Positions 1-9,556 of a stretch of 64,000 bases of DNA are shown here, piece by piece. The notes under the pieces are model-generated. The model worked only from the letters and a program-made list of their open reading frames with translations. It was not told the origin of the DNA and searched no databases. The DNA is from Actinomycetota bacterium. GTDB taxonomy: Bacteria > Actinomycetota > CADDZG01 > WHSQ01. The number at the start of each line of letters is the position of its first letter. Within the stretch, counting starts at the first letter, position 1. The stretch covers positions 20,357 through 84,356 of the forward strand of contig WHTI01000001.1 of assembly GCA_009377815.1 (NCBI GenBank), read 5' to 3'. The position numbers and the translations under genes are program-made.

Positions 1-36
1 CGACACCGAGCGCCCCTCCCCCCAGAGTCGCTAGCC

Positions 37-603
37 ATGGCTGAGGTTTTGCTGTTCCATCATGCACAGGGGCTGACGGAGGGGTGCCGCGCGTTCGCCG
101 ATGAGGTCCGCGCCGCCGGTCACACGGTTCATGTTCCGGACCTCTACGAGGGGAAGACCTTCGACGACCTCGATGACGGGGTTGCCCACGCGAGAGAGGT
201 CGGCTTCGAGAACGTCATGGAGCGTGGTCGTCTGGCCGCCGAGGGTCTGTCCAACGAGATGGTCTATGCCGGGTTCTCGCTCGGGGTGATGTCGGCGCAG
301 TTGCTGGCCCAGACGCGTCCCGGCGCGAAGGGTGCGCTGCTGTTGCATGGCGCGATCCCGACGTCCGAGTTCGGGGGTCCGTGGCCGGCCGGCGTCCCGC
401 TCCAGATCCACACGATGGATGCAGACGACTGGGGTGACGCCGAGACCGCTCGCGAGCTCGACGACGAGATCGAGAGCGCGGAGGTGTTCCTGTACCCCGG
501 CGATCAACACCTGTTCACCGACAACAGCCTAGCCGCTTACGACGCCGGTGCGGCGAAGCTGCTTATGCAGCGCGTGCTCAGCTTCCTCGACGGGATCGAG
601 TAG
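37..603 (+). CDS. dienelactone hydrolase family protein
   Basis: 188-aa ORF with alpha/beta-hydrolase layout, a nucleophile-elbow-like GFSLG and a C-terminal GDQHLF His region. Matches my recollection of DLH-family proteins. G/C-rich third positions in this frame. Confidence 0.7.
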   Translation: MAEVLLFHHAQGLTEGCRAFADEVRAAGHTVHVPDLYEGKTFDDLDDGVAHAREVGFENVMERGRLAAEGLSNEMVYAGFSLGVMSAQLLAQTRPGAKGALLLHGAIPTSEFGGPWPAGVPLQIHTMDADDWGDAETARELDDEIESAEVFLYPGDQHLFTDNSLAAYDAGAAKLLMQRVLSFLDGIE

Positions 604-1206
604 CTACTTCCCGGGTTTGGGGTCCAGGTCCTTCAGGCCGTTCCAGGCCAGGTTAACGAGATGCGCGGTGACCACCTTGCGGCTTGGCTTGCCGGAGTCG
701 AGCCACCACTGGCCCACGAGGGCGACCATGCCGACGAGCGCCTGCGAGTACAACGGCGCCAGTTTGGGATCGAAGCCACGGGTTTTGAACTCCTCGGTGA
801 AGACGTACTCGACCTGGGAGGCGATGTCGCCGATCACCGACGCCAGGCTCCCGGTCTTGCTGGCGACGGGTGAATCCCGTACCAGGATCCGGAAGCCGTC
901 TTGCTCCTCCTCGATGTAGGTGAGGAACGTGTTGGCCGCGGCTTCGAGCTTCGCCCTCGGCGAGTCCTGGTTCAACTCGCCTTCGAACCGGGAGAGCAGT
1001 CGTTGCACCTCACGATCGACAACCACCGCGTAGAGGCCTTCTTTGCCCCCGAAGTGTTCGTAGATGACTGGTTTAGTGATCCCCGCGCGCTGGGCGATCT
1101 CTTCGATCGAGGCGCCCTCGAAGCCGCGCTCTGCGAACACCGTGCGTCCGACATCCAGAAGCTGCTCGCGCCGCTCCTGCCCGGTCATCCGGACGCGTCT
1201 GCTCAC
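604..1206 (-). CDS. TetR/AcrR family transcriptional regulator
   Basis: N-terminal HTH 'ERGFEGASIEEIAQRAGITKPVIYEHFGGKEGLY' is the canonical TetR signature. Lies 15 bp downstream of the desaturase on the same strand, so likely one operon. Confidence 0.9.
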   Translation of the reverse strand: MSRRVRMTGQERREQLLDVGRTVFAERGFEGASIEEIAQRAGITKPVIYEHFGGKEGLYAVVVDREVQRLLSRFEGELNQDSPRAKLEAAANTFLTYIEEEQDGFRILVRDSPVASKTGSLASVIGDIASQVEYVFTEEFKTRGFDPKLAPLYSQALVGMVALVGQWWLDSGKPSRKVVTAHLVNLAWNGLKDLDPKPGK

Positions 1207-1221
1207 CGGCTGGGTAGCGAT

Positions 1222-2169
1222 CTAGGCGGCTTTGCGGGACTCGAGTTGGGCGCTACTGGGAGCCTTGACATCTTCGACCAACCCTAGCTTCTCGAGCAGC
1301 CGGATGACGAGTGCACTGGGGTCGATCTGTCCGCGCAGGATCCCGTGACGCGCGGAGGTCGGGAATGCATGGTGGTTGTTGTGCCACGATTCACCCATCG
1401 AGAGGATCGACAGCATCCAGTTGTTCGTGGAGTGGTCGGGGGACTCGAACGGGCGCTTGCCGTAAAAGTGACAGATCGAGTTGATACTCCAGGTCACGTG
1501 GTGCAGCAGGAAGATCCGGGCAAGGCTGGCCCACAGGAACGTCATCAGCGCGGCCGCGTACGATCGCGTGATCACGAAGGCGATCATCGGCGGGAGGGCG
1601 AACGACAGGATCCCGAGCGCCGGGAACCAGCGGTTGATCTTGACCATGACCGGATCCTTCAGGAGGTCGGGCGCCCACCGCTCGGGGGAGGTCTGCTCGG
1701 GATCGAAGAGCCAACCGAGGTGCGCATGCCACAGCCCCTTGAGGATCCCCTTGATCCCTTCCTCACTCTCGACGTGGGGAGAGTGGGGGTCGCCGGCCTG
1801 GTCCGAGAACGCGTGGTGTCGTCGGTGCGTCGCGACCCACGAGATGACCGACCCCTGAAGAGACATCGAGCCGGCGATCGCGAGCACAGCTCGCGTGACC
1901 GGACGCGCCTTGAAGCTTTGGTGAGTAAGCATCCGGTGGAAGCCGATCGTCACACCGAAGCCGGTGAAGAAATAGAAGGACACGAAGAGTGATGCTTCGA
2001 GCAACCCGAGTCCGCGACCCCAAAGGGTTGCGATCGCGACCGTGAGGCCGAGGAGAGGCAAGACCGTAAGGATGAGGACCGTGAACCTCTGAACCTTGTG
2101 TCCGCCCTGGCTGAGGAGCTCGACGCCCGGAACCCTCCGTGGTGTGGCCGTGGTTCCTGCTGCTTTCAT
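1222..2169 (-). CDS. membrane fatty-acid (acyl-CoA/acyl-lipid) desaturase
   Basis: Three His boxes (HRMLTH, HRRHH, HNNHH) plus hydrophobic TM segments, the hallmark of integral-membrane desaturases (DesA3-like). Confidence 0.85.
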   Translation of the reverse strand: MKAAGTTATPRRVPGVELLSQGGHKVQRFTVLILTVLPLLGLTVAIATLWGRGLGLLEASLFVSFYFFTGFGVTIGFHRMLTHQSFKARPVTRAVLAIAGSMSLQGSVISWVATHRRHHAFSDQAGDPHSPHVESEEGIKGILKGLWHAHLGWLFDPEQTSPERWAPDLLKDPVMVKINRWFPALGILSFALPPMIAFVITRSYAAALMTFLWASLARIFLLHHVTWSINSICHFYGKRPFESPDHSTNNWMLSILSMGESWHNNHHAFPTSARHGILRGQIDPSALVIRLLEKLGLVEDVKAPSSAQLESRKAA

Positions 2170-2213
2170 CGGCTTCTCGCCGCCTTCCCACCCGGGACTT
2201 CTGTTTGCCCGGA

Positions 2214-2238
2214 GAAACTTACCGAACCGAAACCTACC
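2214..2238. promoter_or_regulatory. direct repeat GAAACTTACC-N5-GAAACCTACC in the desaturase/S8-protease divergent promoter region (candidate operator)
   Basis: Read directly: GAAACTTACC at 2214-2223 and GAAACCTACC at 2229-2238, a 15-bp period. It lies 45-69 bp upstream of the desaturase start at 2169. Function is inferred only. Confidence 0.3.
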
Positions 2239-2277
2239 ACCGCGTAAGTTCTGGGAATCCGATTACCATCGCCCCAC

Positions 2278-5172
2278 ATGACTTTCCCCCCGTACCTACG
2301 ACCCGCTCGCCTGGCCATCGCGGTCCTGATCGCAGCGGGGGCCTCATTGCTGCCTTCAACCGAGGCTCGTTCGGAGTCCCCTGCGTGGGGGGCCCAGGCA
2401 GGGGACGCGGTTCCCGGTGAGGTCGTGGTTCGTTACCGTTCCGGGGTCCCCGGAGCTTCGAGGTCGGCGGTGCGAGCCGCGGCCGGAGCGACCCTTATCG
2501 ACCGACTGCCGATCGCCCGGGTCGAGCTGATCGATGTCGGCGAAGAGGATGTCGCGGCGGCCATCGAGAGGCTCTCCGCTCGGGACGAGGTGCTCTACGC
2601 CGAGCCGAACTTCATCTACCGTGGCGCGGCGATCCCGAACGACGAGCGTTTCGAGGAGCTGTGGGGCCTGGACAACACGGGCGAGGAGATCCAGGGCCTT
2701 GGTCGTCCGGATGCCGACATCGACGCAACCGGGGCGTGGGATCTGAGCACGGGCGAGCAACCCGTTCTCGTAGGCGTCGTCGATTCGGGTGTGGCCGCCG
2801 ATCATCCGGACCTCGCACCGAACATGTGGACCAACCCCGGCGAAGCCGGCCCCGATCAAGACAATGGGCTCGACGACGATGAGAACGGATTCGTGGATGA
2901 CTTCAGGGGATGGGACTTTGTCGCGGGAGACAACTTTCCCGACGATCAGAATGGGCACGGGACTCACGTCGCTGGGACGATCGGGGCGCGCGGCGATGAT
3001 GCGTTCGGCGTCGCGGGCGTTGCATGGAACGTGAGCCTGCTTCCGATCAGGGTGCTGGCCGCCAACAACTCCGGCTCTCTTGCCGACATCGCGTCGGGGA
3101 TGGACTACGCGGGGAAGATGGGCGCAGATGTTGCGAACGTCAGCATCCAGGCGTCGTCCTTCTCCAAGTTGATGCGAGACGCCATCGCCGAGAATCCCGA
3201 CACGCTCTACGTCATCGCGGCCGGTAACGGCGGCGGCGACGGCGCCTCGGACAACAACGACAAGACGCCGACCTACCCGTGTGCGTACCCGCGGGCCAAT
3301 ATCGTCTGCGTCGCGGCGACCGACCAGAACGACCGGCTGACCGATTTCTCGAACTACGGGACCCGGACGGTAGACCTGTCCGCTCCCGGTCTGGACGTAC
3401 TCAGCGCGCAGCCCGTGTACGCCACCCCGATGAGTGAGTTCTTCGACGGAGATGACTTCGAATCCCGGTGGACGACCGGTGGGAAGAAGAACACGTGGGG
3501 AGTGGCCACGAGCATGTTCGGCGGAGCGCTCGAAGATAGCCCTGGAAAGAAGTACAAAGGCAACACCAACTCGTGGGCCGCTACCGAGCCTCCGATCGAC
3601 CTGTCCGGCGTTCGGAACTGCAGGATCTCCTACGATCTGAACCTGTCGGTTCAAGGGGGCGATCGCCTTCTCATCGAGGGCTCGGCCGACGGAACGACCT
3701 GGTCGGTCATCAACAGCTGGCATTTCCCCACCCACGGTTGGGCCTATGCGATCAAGGATGAGCTCGGAACGAGCGCGACCGGCCAGGACGCCTATCAGAT
3801 CCGATTCCGCCTCAAGACGAACGCGCAACGCCACGCTGATGGGGCGTCGATCGACAACGTGTTCCTCGAGTGCACGGGCTCCGACTACACATCCGACTCG
3901 TTCGCGTACTACAACGGGACATCGATGGCCGCTCCGCATGTCGCCGGTGCGGCCGCCCTTGCCTTCTCGGTTGCTCCCGATGCAACGGCCCTCGAGATCA
4001 AGGAGGTCCTGCTCGCGGGGGTGGACGTCCGGCCCGATCTCGTTGGGGTGGTCAAGTCCGCGGGCCGCCTCAACATCAACCGAACGCTTGCGATCCTCAC
4101 CGAGCCGCCGGGGGCAGACGGGCCGGAGGTCGTTTGCGTGCCGGGTACGGCGTTCACCCCGTCGGGGACCTCGACCGGGACCATCCTTTCCTCCACCGGC
4201 GCGGCTGTAGGCGAATTCACGAGCAGCAAGCTCGACGACTCGGCCGTATTCGATGAAGTCGACGCATCCTTCGGATCGGACGGACTTCACGTCGTTGGGG
4301 TGACTGGAGACGACCAGATCCGCTACTACGACCCCTCCGCTAGCCGGACCACGATCGAAGACCTCGAGCTGGTGCATTCGGGCGTCGCTCTGGGACTCCG
4401 GAGCGACGACGTACCGGTCGTCGGCTACCACGAGCGATTGGTCGCGGACGTTGGCGGGGTCGCTCATCTCTGCGAGGCGAACATCGTGGCCACCGGGCCC
4501 GGGTTCGATCCGCAGGTCTCCGACGTTGCCCCGATCATGGATGGGAGCTTCCGGAGCATCGACCTCGCGGTGGATCCGAGTACGGATTCGATCCACCGGG
4601 TCTTCACCCGGGGCCTGCAGCGTGATCTTCACTACGCCGTGGGATCGACCTCGAAGCAACTTGGACTGAAGAAGGTCGACGGCGTGAGGGTGGCAGCCTC
4701 TAACGGAGCCGTCGTCGTCGGGGCGCTAGTGAAACGCGACCTTCATCTCCTCAGTGGTTCGTGGACGGACTCGATCGTGGCCTCAGGGGTGCGGGCGTGG
4801 GACGTCGATATCGGCCCCGATGGGGAACCTCGGGCGGTCTGGACCAACGGCAAAGGGAAGCTTCGCCTCCTCAACGGCCGGCGCGTGATCAAGCTCGACT
4901 GGCGTGCGACCGAGGTCGCGCTCGCGGTCGGGCCGGACGGGATGCTGCACGTCGCGGTCGGAACCGCGTACCCGAACTGCAAGGGATTCGGGTGCTGGAA
5001 GGTGGGCTATCTCCAGAAGGCTCCCGGCTCCCCGGCCGCCAAGACCAAACTGGATGGCACTACCGGATACGTGACGTCGCTCGCGATCGCCGTGGATCCG
5101 GACGAGGTGGCGATCGTCTACGGAGACCCGTCGAGCACCGGCCACCTGATAGTGCGGAGAGCCGACTACTAG
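2278..5172 (+). CDS. secreted S8 (subtilisin-like) serine peptidase with long C-terminal extension
   Basis: Catalytic motifs VGVVDSGV (Asp), HGTHVAGTI (His) and GTSMAAPHVAGAAAL (Ser). N-terminal signal peptide and propeptide-like region. About 330 extra C-terminal residues of unknown fold. Confidence 0.9.
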   Translation: MTFPPYLRPARLAIAVLIAAGASLLPSTEARSESPAWGAQAGDAVPGEVVVRYRSGVPGASRSAVRAAAGATLIDRLPIARVELIDVGEEDVAAAIERLSARDEVLYAEPNFIYRGAAIPNDERFEELWGLDNTGEEIQGLGRPDADIDATGAWDLSTGEQPVLVGVVDSGVAADHPDLAPNMWTNPGEAGPDQDNGLDDDENGFVDDFRGWDFVAGDNFPDDQNGHGTHVAGTIGARGDDAFGVAGVAWNVSLLPIRVLAANNSGSLADIASGMDYAGKMGADVANVSIQASSFSKLMRDAIAENPDTLYVIAAGNGGGDGASDNNDKTPTYPCAYPRANIVCVAATDQNDRLTDFSNYGTRTVDLSAPGLDVLSAQPVYATPMSEFFDGDDFESRWTTGGKKNTWGVATSMFGGALEDSPGKKYKGNTNSWAATEPPIDLSGVRNCRISYDLNLSVQGGDRLLIEGSADGTTWSVINSWHFPTHGWAYAIKDELGTSATGQDAYQIRFRLKTNAQRHADGASIDNVFLECTGSDYTSDSFAYYNGTSMAAPHVAGAAALAFSVAPDATALEIKEVLLAGVDVRPDLVGVVKSAGRLNINRTLAILTEPPGADGPEVVCVPGTAFTPSGTSTGTILSSTGAAVGEFTSSKLDDSAVFDEVDASFGSDGLHVVGVTGDDQIRYYDPSASRTTIEDLELVHSGVALGLRSDDVPVVGYHERLVADVGGVAHLCEANIVATGPGFDPQVSDVAPIMDGSFRSIDLAVDPSTDSIHRVFTRGLQRDLHYAVGSTSKQLGLKKVDGVRVAASNGAVVVGALVKRDLHLLSGSWTDSIVASGVRAWDVDIGPDGEPRAVWTNGKGKLRLLNGRRVIKLDWRATEVALAVGPDGMLHVAVGTAYPNCKGFGCWKVGYLQKAPGSPAAKTKLDGTTGYVTSLAIAVDPDEVAIVYGDPSSTGHLIVRRADY

Positions 5173-6017
5173 CCCTTCGCCGATCCCTTCTTCTCGAGCT
5201 GAACGGTTTCTTCGAGGCTCATCGATCCGAACTCGGGGAACAACGAGCGCCTCCGCTGGTAGATCCATAGGAACAGATCGGCCGCGGTCGACGCCGGAAA
5301 GGCATCCTTCAGACCCTCGCGCTTGATCGTTGTGACCGTGGGGAGATAGACGTTCTCGTACCAGTCGGCAGCGACCTCCTCGACCGGAACGACCACACCG
5401 CGCTCTCGCATCATGTGGTGTCCGTGGACCTGGACGAGCTCGAGCAGTTCCACGTAACCGTTGGGGAAGGTGAACCAGATGTCGGCCTCCGGATGGACGG
5501 CGGCCAGGCCGCTCTCTTCCATGAACAACGAATGTTGTTCGAGCTCGATCAACTCGCCGATGTCCGCATCGTCAGGGATCGGGAAGCGCGGCCTGAGTTC
5601 GGTGACCTCGGCGTCGATCATCTCGGTGCCGTTCTGCTTGGCGACCGCGACCCGGTGGTGGCCGTCCAGGACGAAGTAGTTCCGACCCACCTTGTACGCA
5701 ACGATGGGGGGATAGTCACCCTCCTGGTAGGTCTTCTCGATCTTCCTCCAGCGCTCCTTCAGTTCGTCCTTTCGAGGGAGGAAGTCCTTGTCGAAGTCGC
5801 CTGGCCGCCCCACCGTTCCGGTGATATCGGCGACCGGGATCGCACGGATCCCGACGTAGGTGCGCTCGAACAGTCGGACCTTCCGCTCGACGTCCTCAAG
5901 CGTAGGAAGCGCGGCCCTCGGTCCGCGTCGCCGAACGAGATGAGCCATGCGCTTGTAGATCTCCCGCCGCCGGGCTCGCTCGAAGGTCGAATCGATCGGA
6001 AGTCGGTCCCACCTCAT
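5169..6017 (-). CDS. ParB/Srx-fold N-terminal domain protein, function unknown
   Basis: 'YFVLDGHHRVAVAKQNG' matches the ParB-like nuclease/NTPase-fold core. About 140 aa of uncharacterised C-terminal domain. Its start overlaps the stop of the metallophosphoesterase gene (6014..6664) by 4 nt. Confidence 0.6.
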   Translation of the reverse strand: MRWDRLPIDSTFERARRREIYKRMAHLVRRRGPRAALPTLEDVERKVRLFERTYVGIRAIPVADITGTVGRPGDFDKDFLPRKDELKERWRKIEKTYQEGDYPPIVAYKVGRNYFVLDGHHRVAVAKQNGTEMIDAEVTELRPRFPIPDDADIGELIELEQHSLFMEESGLAAVHPEADIWFTFPNGYVELLELVQVHGHHMMRERGVVVPVEEVAADWYENVYLPTVTTIKREGLKDAFPASTAADLFLWIYQRRRSLFPEFGSMSLEETVQLEKKGSAKG

Positions 6018-6664
6018 CGACCTTCCACCTCCAAGAGTCGATAGCCAACCGCGTTGATCACCGTGGTGACCCCAGCTTTCAGATCGGGCCGCTTGTTCCC
6101 GTGCGGATGGATGTGACCATGTACGAAGAAACGAGGCCGGATCGCCCGGACCAAACGCCGGAAGGACTGGAAGCCGCGGTGGGCCTTGTCGTCGTCATCA
6201 CCCCAACCTCGGGCCGGGGCGTGGGCGATCAGGAGATCTACCGGTCGACCTCGCAACGCCGCCAAACGGGCCTTGATCTCGAGCTTCAACGAACGCCATC
6301 TCATCTGAGACTCGGTGTACTGGAACGGACCATTGTTGTAGCGGGGCGATCCTCCGAGGCCGGCGATCCTGAGGCCTGCAACCTCCACGATGCGACCGTC
6401 TGCAGGGATGCCGCACGAGTACACCGGATCCGGTTGGGCGAGCACCGGGGCGAATTCGAAACGATCGTCGATGTTCTTCGGAAGGGTGCGGTCATGGTTC
6501 CCCGGCACCCAGACCAATGGAACCATGAGTTCGTTCATGACATCCTCGAGGTAATCGTGCGGAAGGTCTCCACAGGAGACAACCAGGTCAACGTCGAGGT
6601 CGCCGAACATCTTTCGGTACCCCTCACCGAGAACCTCGTCCGAGATGGCAAGCACGCGGGTCAT
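6014..6664 (-). CDS. metallophosphoesterase
   Basis: Calcineurin-like phosphoesterase motifs GDLPHD, VPGNHD and GHIHPHG. Translationally coupled to the ParB-like gene. Confidence 0.8.
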   Translation of the reverse strand: MTRVLAISDEVLGEGYRKMFGDLDVDLVVSCGDLPHDYLEDVMNELMVPLVWVPGNHDRTLPKNIDDRFEFAPVLAQPDPVYSCGIPADGRIVEVAGLRIAGLGGSPRYNNGPFQYTESQMRWRSLKLEIKARLAALRGRPVDLLIAHAPARGWGDDDDKAHRGFQSFRRLVRAIRPRFFVHGHIHPHGNKRPDLKAGVTTVINAVGYRLLEVEGR

Positions 6665-6708
6665 GCATCCAGACTACGAGAGGTGAGCGGGTCTGAAACA
6701 CTTGGAGC

Positions 6709-8274
6709 ATGGAATGGTGGCAAGAAGGCGTCCTGTATCAGATCTATCCACGCTCGTTCCGGGACACGAACGGGGACGGGGTGGGTGACCTCAGGGGGAT
6801 CATCGAAGGGTTGGACCACCTCGAATGGTTGGGGGTCGATGGGGTGTGGGTCAATCCCATCCATCCGTCGCCCAACGACGACTGGGGCTACGACGTCTCG
6901 GCCTACAAGGATGTTCACCCGGAGCTCGGCACGATGGAGGACTTCGAGGAGTTGATCGACGACGCCGCCCGGCGGGGGATCAGGATCCTCCTCGACCTCG
7001 TTCCCAACCACACCTCGAGCGCCCATCCGTGGTTCGTCGATGCCCTGTCGGGCCGCGACGCGAAGCATCGTGATTGGTACGTGTGGTCGGATCCCAAGCC
7101 CGACGGCTCGCCGCCGAACAACTGGCTGAGCATGTTCGGCGGTAGCGCATGGGAGTTCGATGAACCTTCAGGTCAGTACTACCTCCACAACTTCCTCGAC
7201 TCTCAGGCCGACCTCGATTGGTGGAACGAGGAGGTCCGGGAGGCGATCGACGACGTCCTCAGGTTCTGGTTCGACAAGGGGGTCGCCGGATTCAGGATCG
7301 ACGTCGCCAACTCGGTGATCAAGGATCGAGACCTTCGGGACAATCCTCCGACCACCGACGACGACCACCTCGAGATCCAGAGGATCGGCCAACGCCCGAT
7401 GTATTCGATGAATCGGCCCGAGGTCCACGAGATCCTGCGGCGGTGGCGGAAGGTCGCTAGAGAGGCCGATCCGCCCCGGATGCTGGTGGGGGAGACCTAC
7501 GTGCTCGACCTCGGGGTCCTCGCGTCCTACTACGGAACCGGAGACGAACTCGACCTCGCCTTCAACTTCCCGATGTTCTTCACGGCGCTCGACGGCGAGG
7601 CGATGAAGACGACCGTCGAGCAGACCTTCGATCACCTGAGTGAAGACTCCTGGCCCGTTTGGACGGGGTCCAACCACGACGGCTTGAGGTTCCCCAGCCG
7701 TTGGTGTGACGGCGACGAGCGCAAGATCAGGATTGCGTTGATGATGCTGCTCACCTTGCGCGGGACGCCGTTCCTCTATTACGGGGACGAGATCGGGATG
7801 ACCAACGTCGATATCACCCGGGAGCAACTGAAGGATCCGGTGGGGATCCGCTTCTTCCCCGAGAACCCGGGCCGAGACCCAGGCCGGACCCCGATGCAAT
7901 GGTCGGCCGATGACGGCGCTGGATTCACCAAGCCGGACGTGAGCCCCTGGCTTCCCCTCGGCGATCATCGCTCGGTGAACGTCGCCGATCAGCGATCCGA
8001 CGGTGGATCGATCCTCAACTTCACCCGAGACCTGATCCATCTGCGCCGCCGTTCCGAAGACCTGCGGTCGGGCGAGCAGTCGAGCATCGCATCGCCGACC
8101 GGCACGTTCGTCTATCGCCGCGGGGTCAGCACCGTGGTCGTTCTTAACATGACGGACGCGCCGAACTCGTTCGACGTTGACGGTGAGGTGCTCGTCACCT
8201 CGACCGGACGTGCGCTTGAGGCCGGCCCCCTGGAACTCGATCCCTTCGAAGGAGCGATCGTCACTCAGTCTTAG
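6709..8274 (+). CDS. GH13 alpha-glucosidase / oligo-1,6-glucosidase-like
   Basis: GH13 conserved regions: LYQIYPRSF, DLVPNHTS, GFRIDVANS (nucleophile Asp region), VGETY (acid/base Glu) and GSNHD. Confidence 0.85.
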   Translation: MEWWQEGVLYQIYPRSFRDTNGDGVGDLRGIIEGLDHLEWLGVDGVWVNPIHPSPNDDWGYDVSAYKDVHPELGTMEDFEELIDDAARRGIRILLDLVPNHTSSAHPWFVDALSGRDAKHRDWYVWSDPKPDGSPPNNWLSMFGGSAWEFDEPSGQYYLHNFLDSQADLDWWNEEVREAIDDVLRFWFDKGVAGFRIDVANSVIKDRDLRDNPPTTDDDHLEIQRIGQRPMYSMNRPEVHEILRRWRKVAREADPPRMLVGETYVLDLGVLASYYGTGDELDLAFNFPMFFTALDGEAMKTTVEQTFDHLSEDSWPVWTGSNHDGLRFPSRWCDGDERKIRIALMMLLTLRGTPFLYYGDEIGMTNVDITREQLKDPVGIRFFPENPGRDPGRTPMQWSADDGAGFTKPDVSPWLPLGDHRSVNVADQRSDGGSILNFTRDLIHLRRRSEDLRSGEQSSIASPTGTFVYRRGVSTVVVLNMTDAPNSFDVDGEVLVTSTGRALEAGPLELDPFEGAIVTQS

Positions 8275-8855
8275 TGGGCGTGACCGTCCTCGCAGGCTGC
8301 CACCTGCTCCGCGTCGCAGAAGTCGTCACCCTTGCCGCCGTTGGCCGAGTCGTTCCCCTTGAGGCCGTAGAGCTGGTCGTCGCCGCCCATACCCCACATG
8401 AGATCGTCTCCGTCGCCGCCCTCGGCACCATCGTGGCCGGGACCGGCGTACAGACGGTCATTGCCTTCGAGGCCGAAGAGAGCGTCGCTGCCGCGGCCTG
8501 CCCTGATCGTGTCGTGGCCCCGTTCGCCGTACAGCTCGTCCGGCCCGTCTTGGCCCAGGAGCAGGTCGGAACCCCGGCCGCCCCTGATCACGTCGCGCCC
8601 GTCCTCCCCGTGGATCTCGTCCCGACCCCGGCCCCCGCAGAGGAAGTCGTCTCCTCCGCGGCCGAAGATGACGTCGTGCCCACCCAACGAGTGGATGATG
8701 TCGTCGCCCGGCGTCCCATAGATGACGTCGGCGCCATCCGTGCCCACCGCGGCAACGAGCCCTTCGCACCGAACCCCACTACCGGCGACGACGCCGGGAA
8801 CGGATGCGACGACGGTAAGAAGACCCACCGAAACGAGCATCACCGCACGAGACAT
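8271..8855 (-). CDS. secreted calcium-binding protein with RTX-type (GGxGxD) nonapeptide repeats
   Basis: N-terminal signal peptide MSRAVMLVSVGLLTVVASVPGVVAG. After it come about 15 consecutive 9-residue repeats of the form G-x-x-G-x-D-x-[LI]-x (e.g. GGRGRDEIH, GGRGSDLLL, GLEGNDRLY). Confidence 0.75.
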   Translation of the reverse strand: MSRAVMLVSVGLLTVVASVPGVVAGSGVRCEGLVAAVGTDGADVIYGTPGDDIIHSLGGHDVIFGRGGDDFLCGGRGRDEIHGEDGRDVIRGGRGSDLLLGQDGPDELYGERGHDTIRAGRGSDALFGLEGNDRLYAGPGHDGAEGGDGDDLMWGMGGDDQLYGLKGNDSANGGKGDDFCDAEQVAACEDGHAH

Positions 8856-8944
8856 GCGGAGAAACTACCTTCAATTCCACGGAGGCTCGAAGTACACTCC
8901 GGCTCCACCACCTCGCGAGAGGTCCACAGACAAAGGGGTCATAC

Positions 8945-9544
8945 GTGTCAGCTCTTCTCACCCAGAACCAGTTCTTCGTGAATCAGAAGGTCAAGCTCAT
9001 CGAGCTTACGAACGAGTACAAGATCCGCGATGAGGCCGGAACCGATATCGGGATGATCCGCGAAGAGGGTCAGTCCAAGCTCAAGAAAGTGGCGCGCTTC
9101 GCCACGAACCTGGACTCGATGATGACCCACAGGTACGGGATCTACGACGCCGACGGGACCAAGGTGGTGTCACTGGTCCGTCCTCGTGCTTTCGTGTTCT
9201 CGAAGGTTCTGGTGCAGGACGCCGGCGACCAGGAGGTCGGCCGGATCGAGCAGGCTCGCAAGGTCTTCAAGAAGGTCAGGTTCTCTGTGGTCGGAACCGG
9301 CGGCGAAGAGCTGGCGGCGATCCAAGCGGAGAACTGGCGCGCGTGGAACTTCACCATCACCGGACCCAACGAGCAGCCGCTTGGACGCATCACCAAGAAC
9401 TGGGGCGGGTCGGTCAAGGAGATCTTCACCACCGCGGACAACTACATGGTCGAGATCGACCCCAGCGTGTCGGGCAACCTGAGACTGCTGCTGGTTGCGG
9501 CCGCCTGTGGCATCGACACCGCGATCAAACAGAACGACAAGTAG
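8945..9544 (+). CDS. phospholipid scramblase-related (LURP-one-like) family protein
   Basis: 199 aa. 'NQKVKLIELTNEYKIRDEAG' and 'ENWRAWNFTI...TTADNYMVEI' match my recollection of bacterial Scramblase-family proteins. Starts with GTG. Confidence 0.65.
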   Translation: MSALLTQNQFFVNQKVKLIELTNEYKIRDEAGTDIGMIREEGQSKLKKVARFATNLDSMMTHRYGIYDADGTKVVSLVRPRAFVFSKVLVQDAGDQEVGRIEQARKVFKKVRFSVVGTGGEELAAIQAENWRAWNFTITGPNEQPLGRITKNWGGSVKEIFTTADNYMVEIDPSVSGNLRLLLVAAACGIDTAIKQNDK

Positions 9545-9556
9545 ATCGGGGAACCT

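Noticed and set aside
2356-4659. Very long antisense or off-frame ORFs across the window. Examples: 2356-4659(-) 767 aa, 9525-11009(-) 494 aa, 10544-11713(+) 389 aa, 21288-22268(-), 26939-28246(-) 435 aa, 38046-39011(-), 48932-50170(-) 412 aa, 55408-56082(-).
   Set aside because: These are typical high-GC shadow ORFs. Their translations are dominated by Arg/Pro/Gly/His with no motifs, and each overlaps a motif-bearing gene on the other strand or frame.
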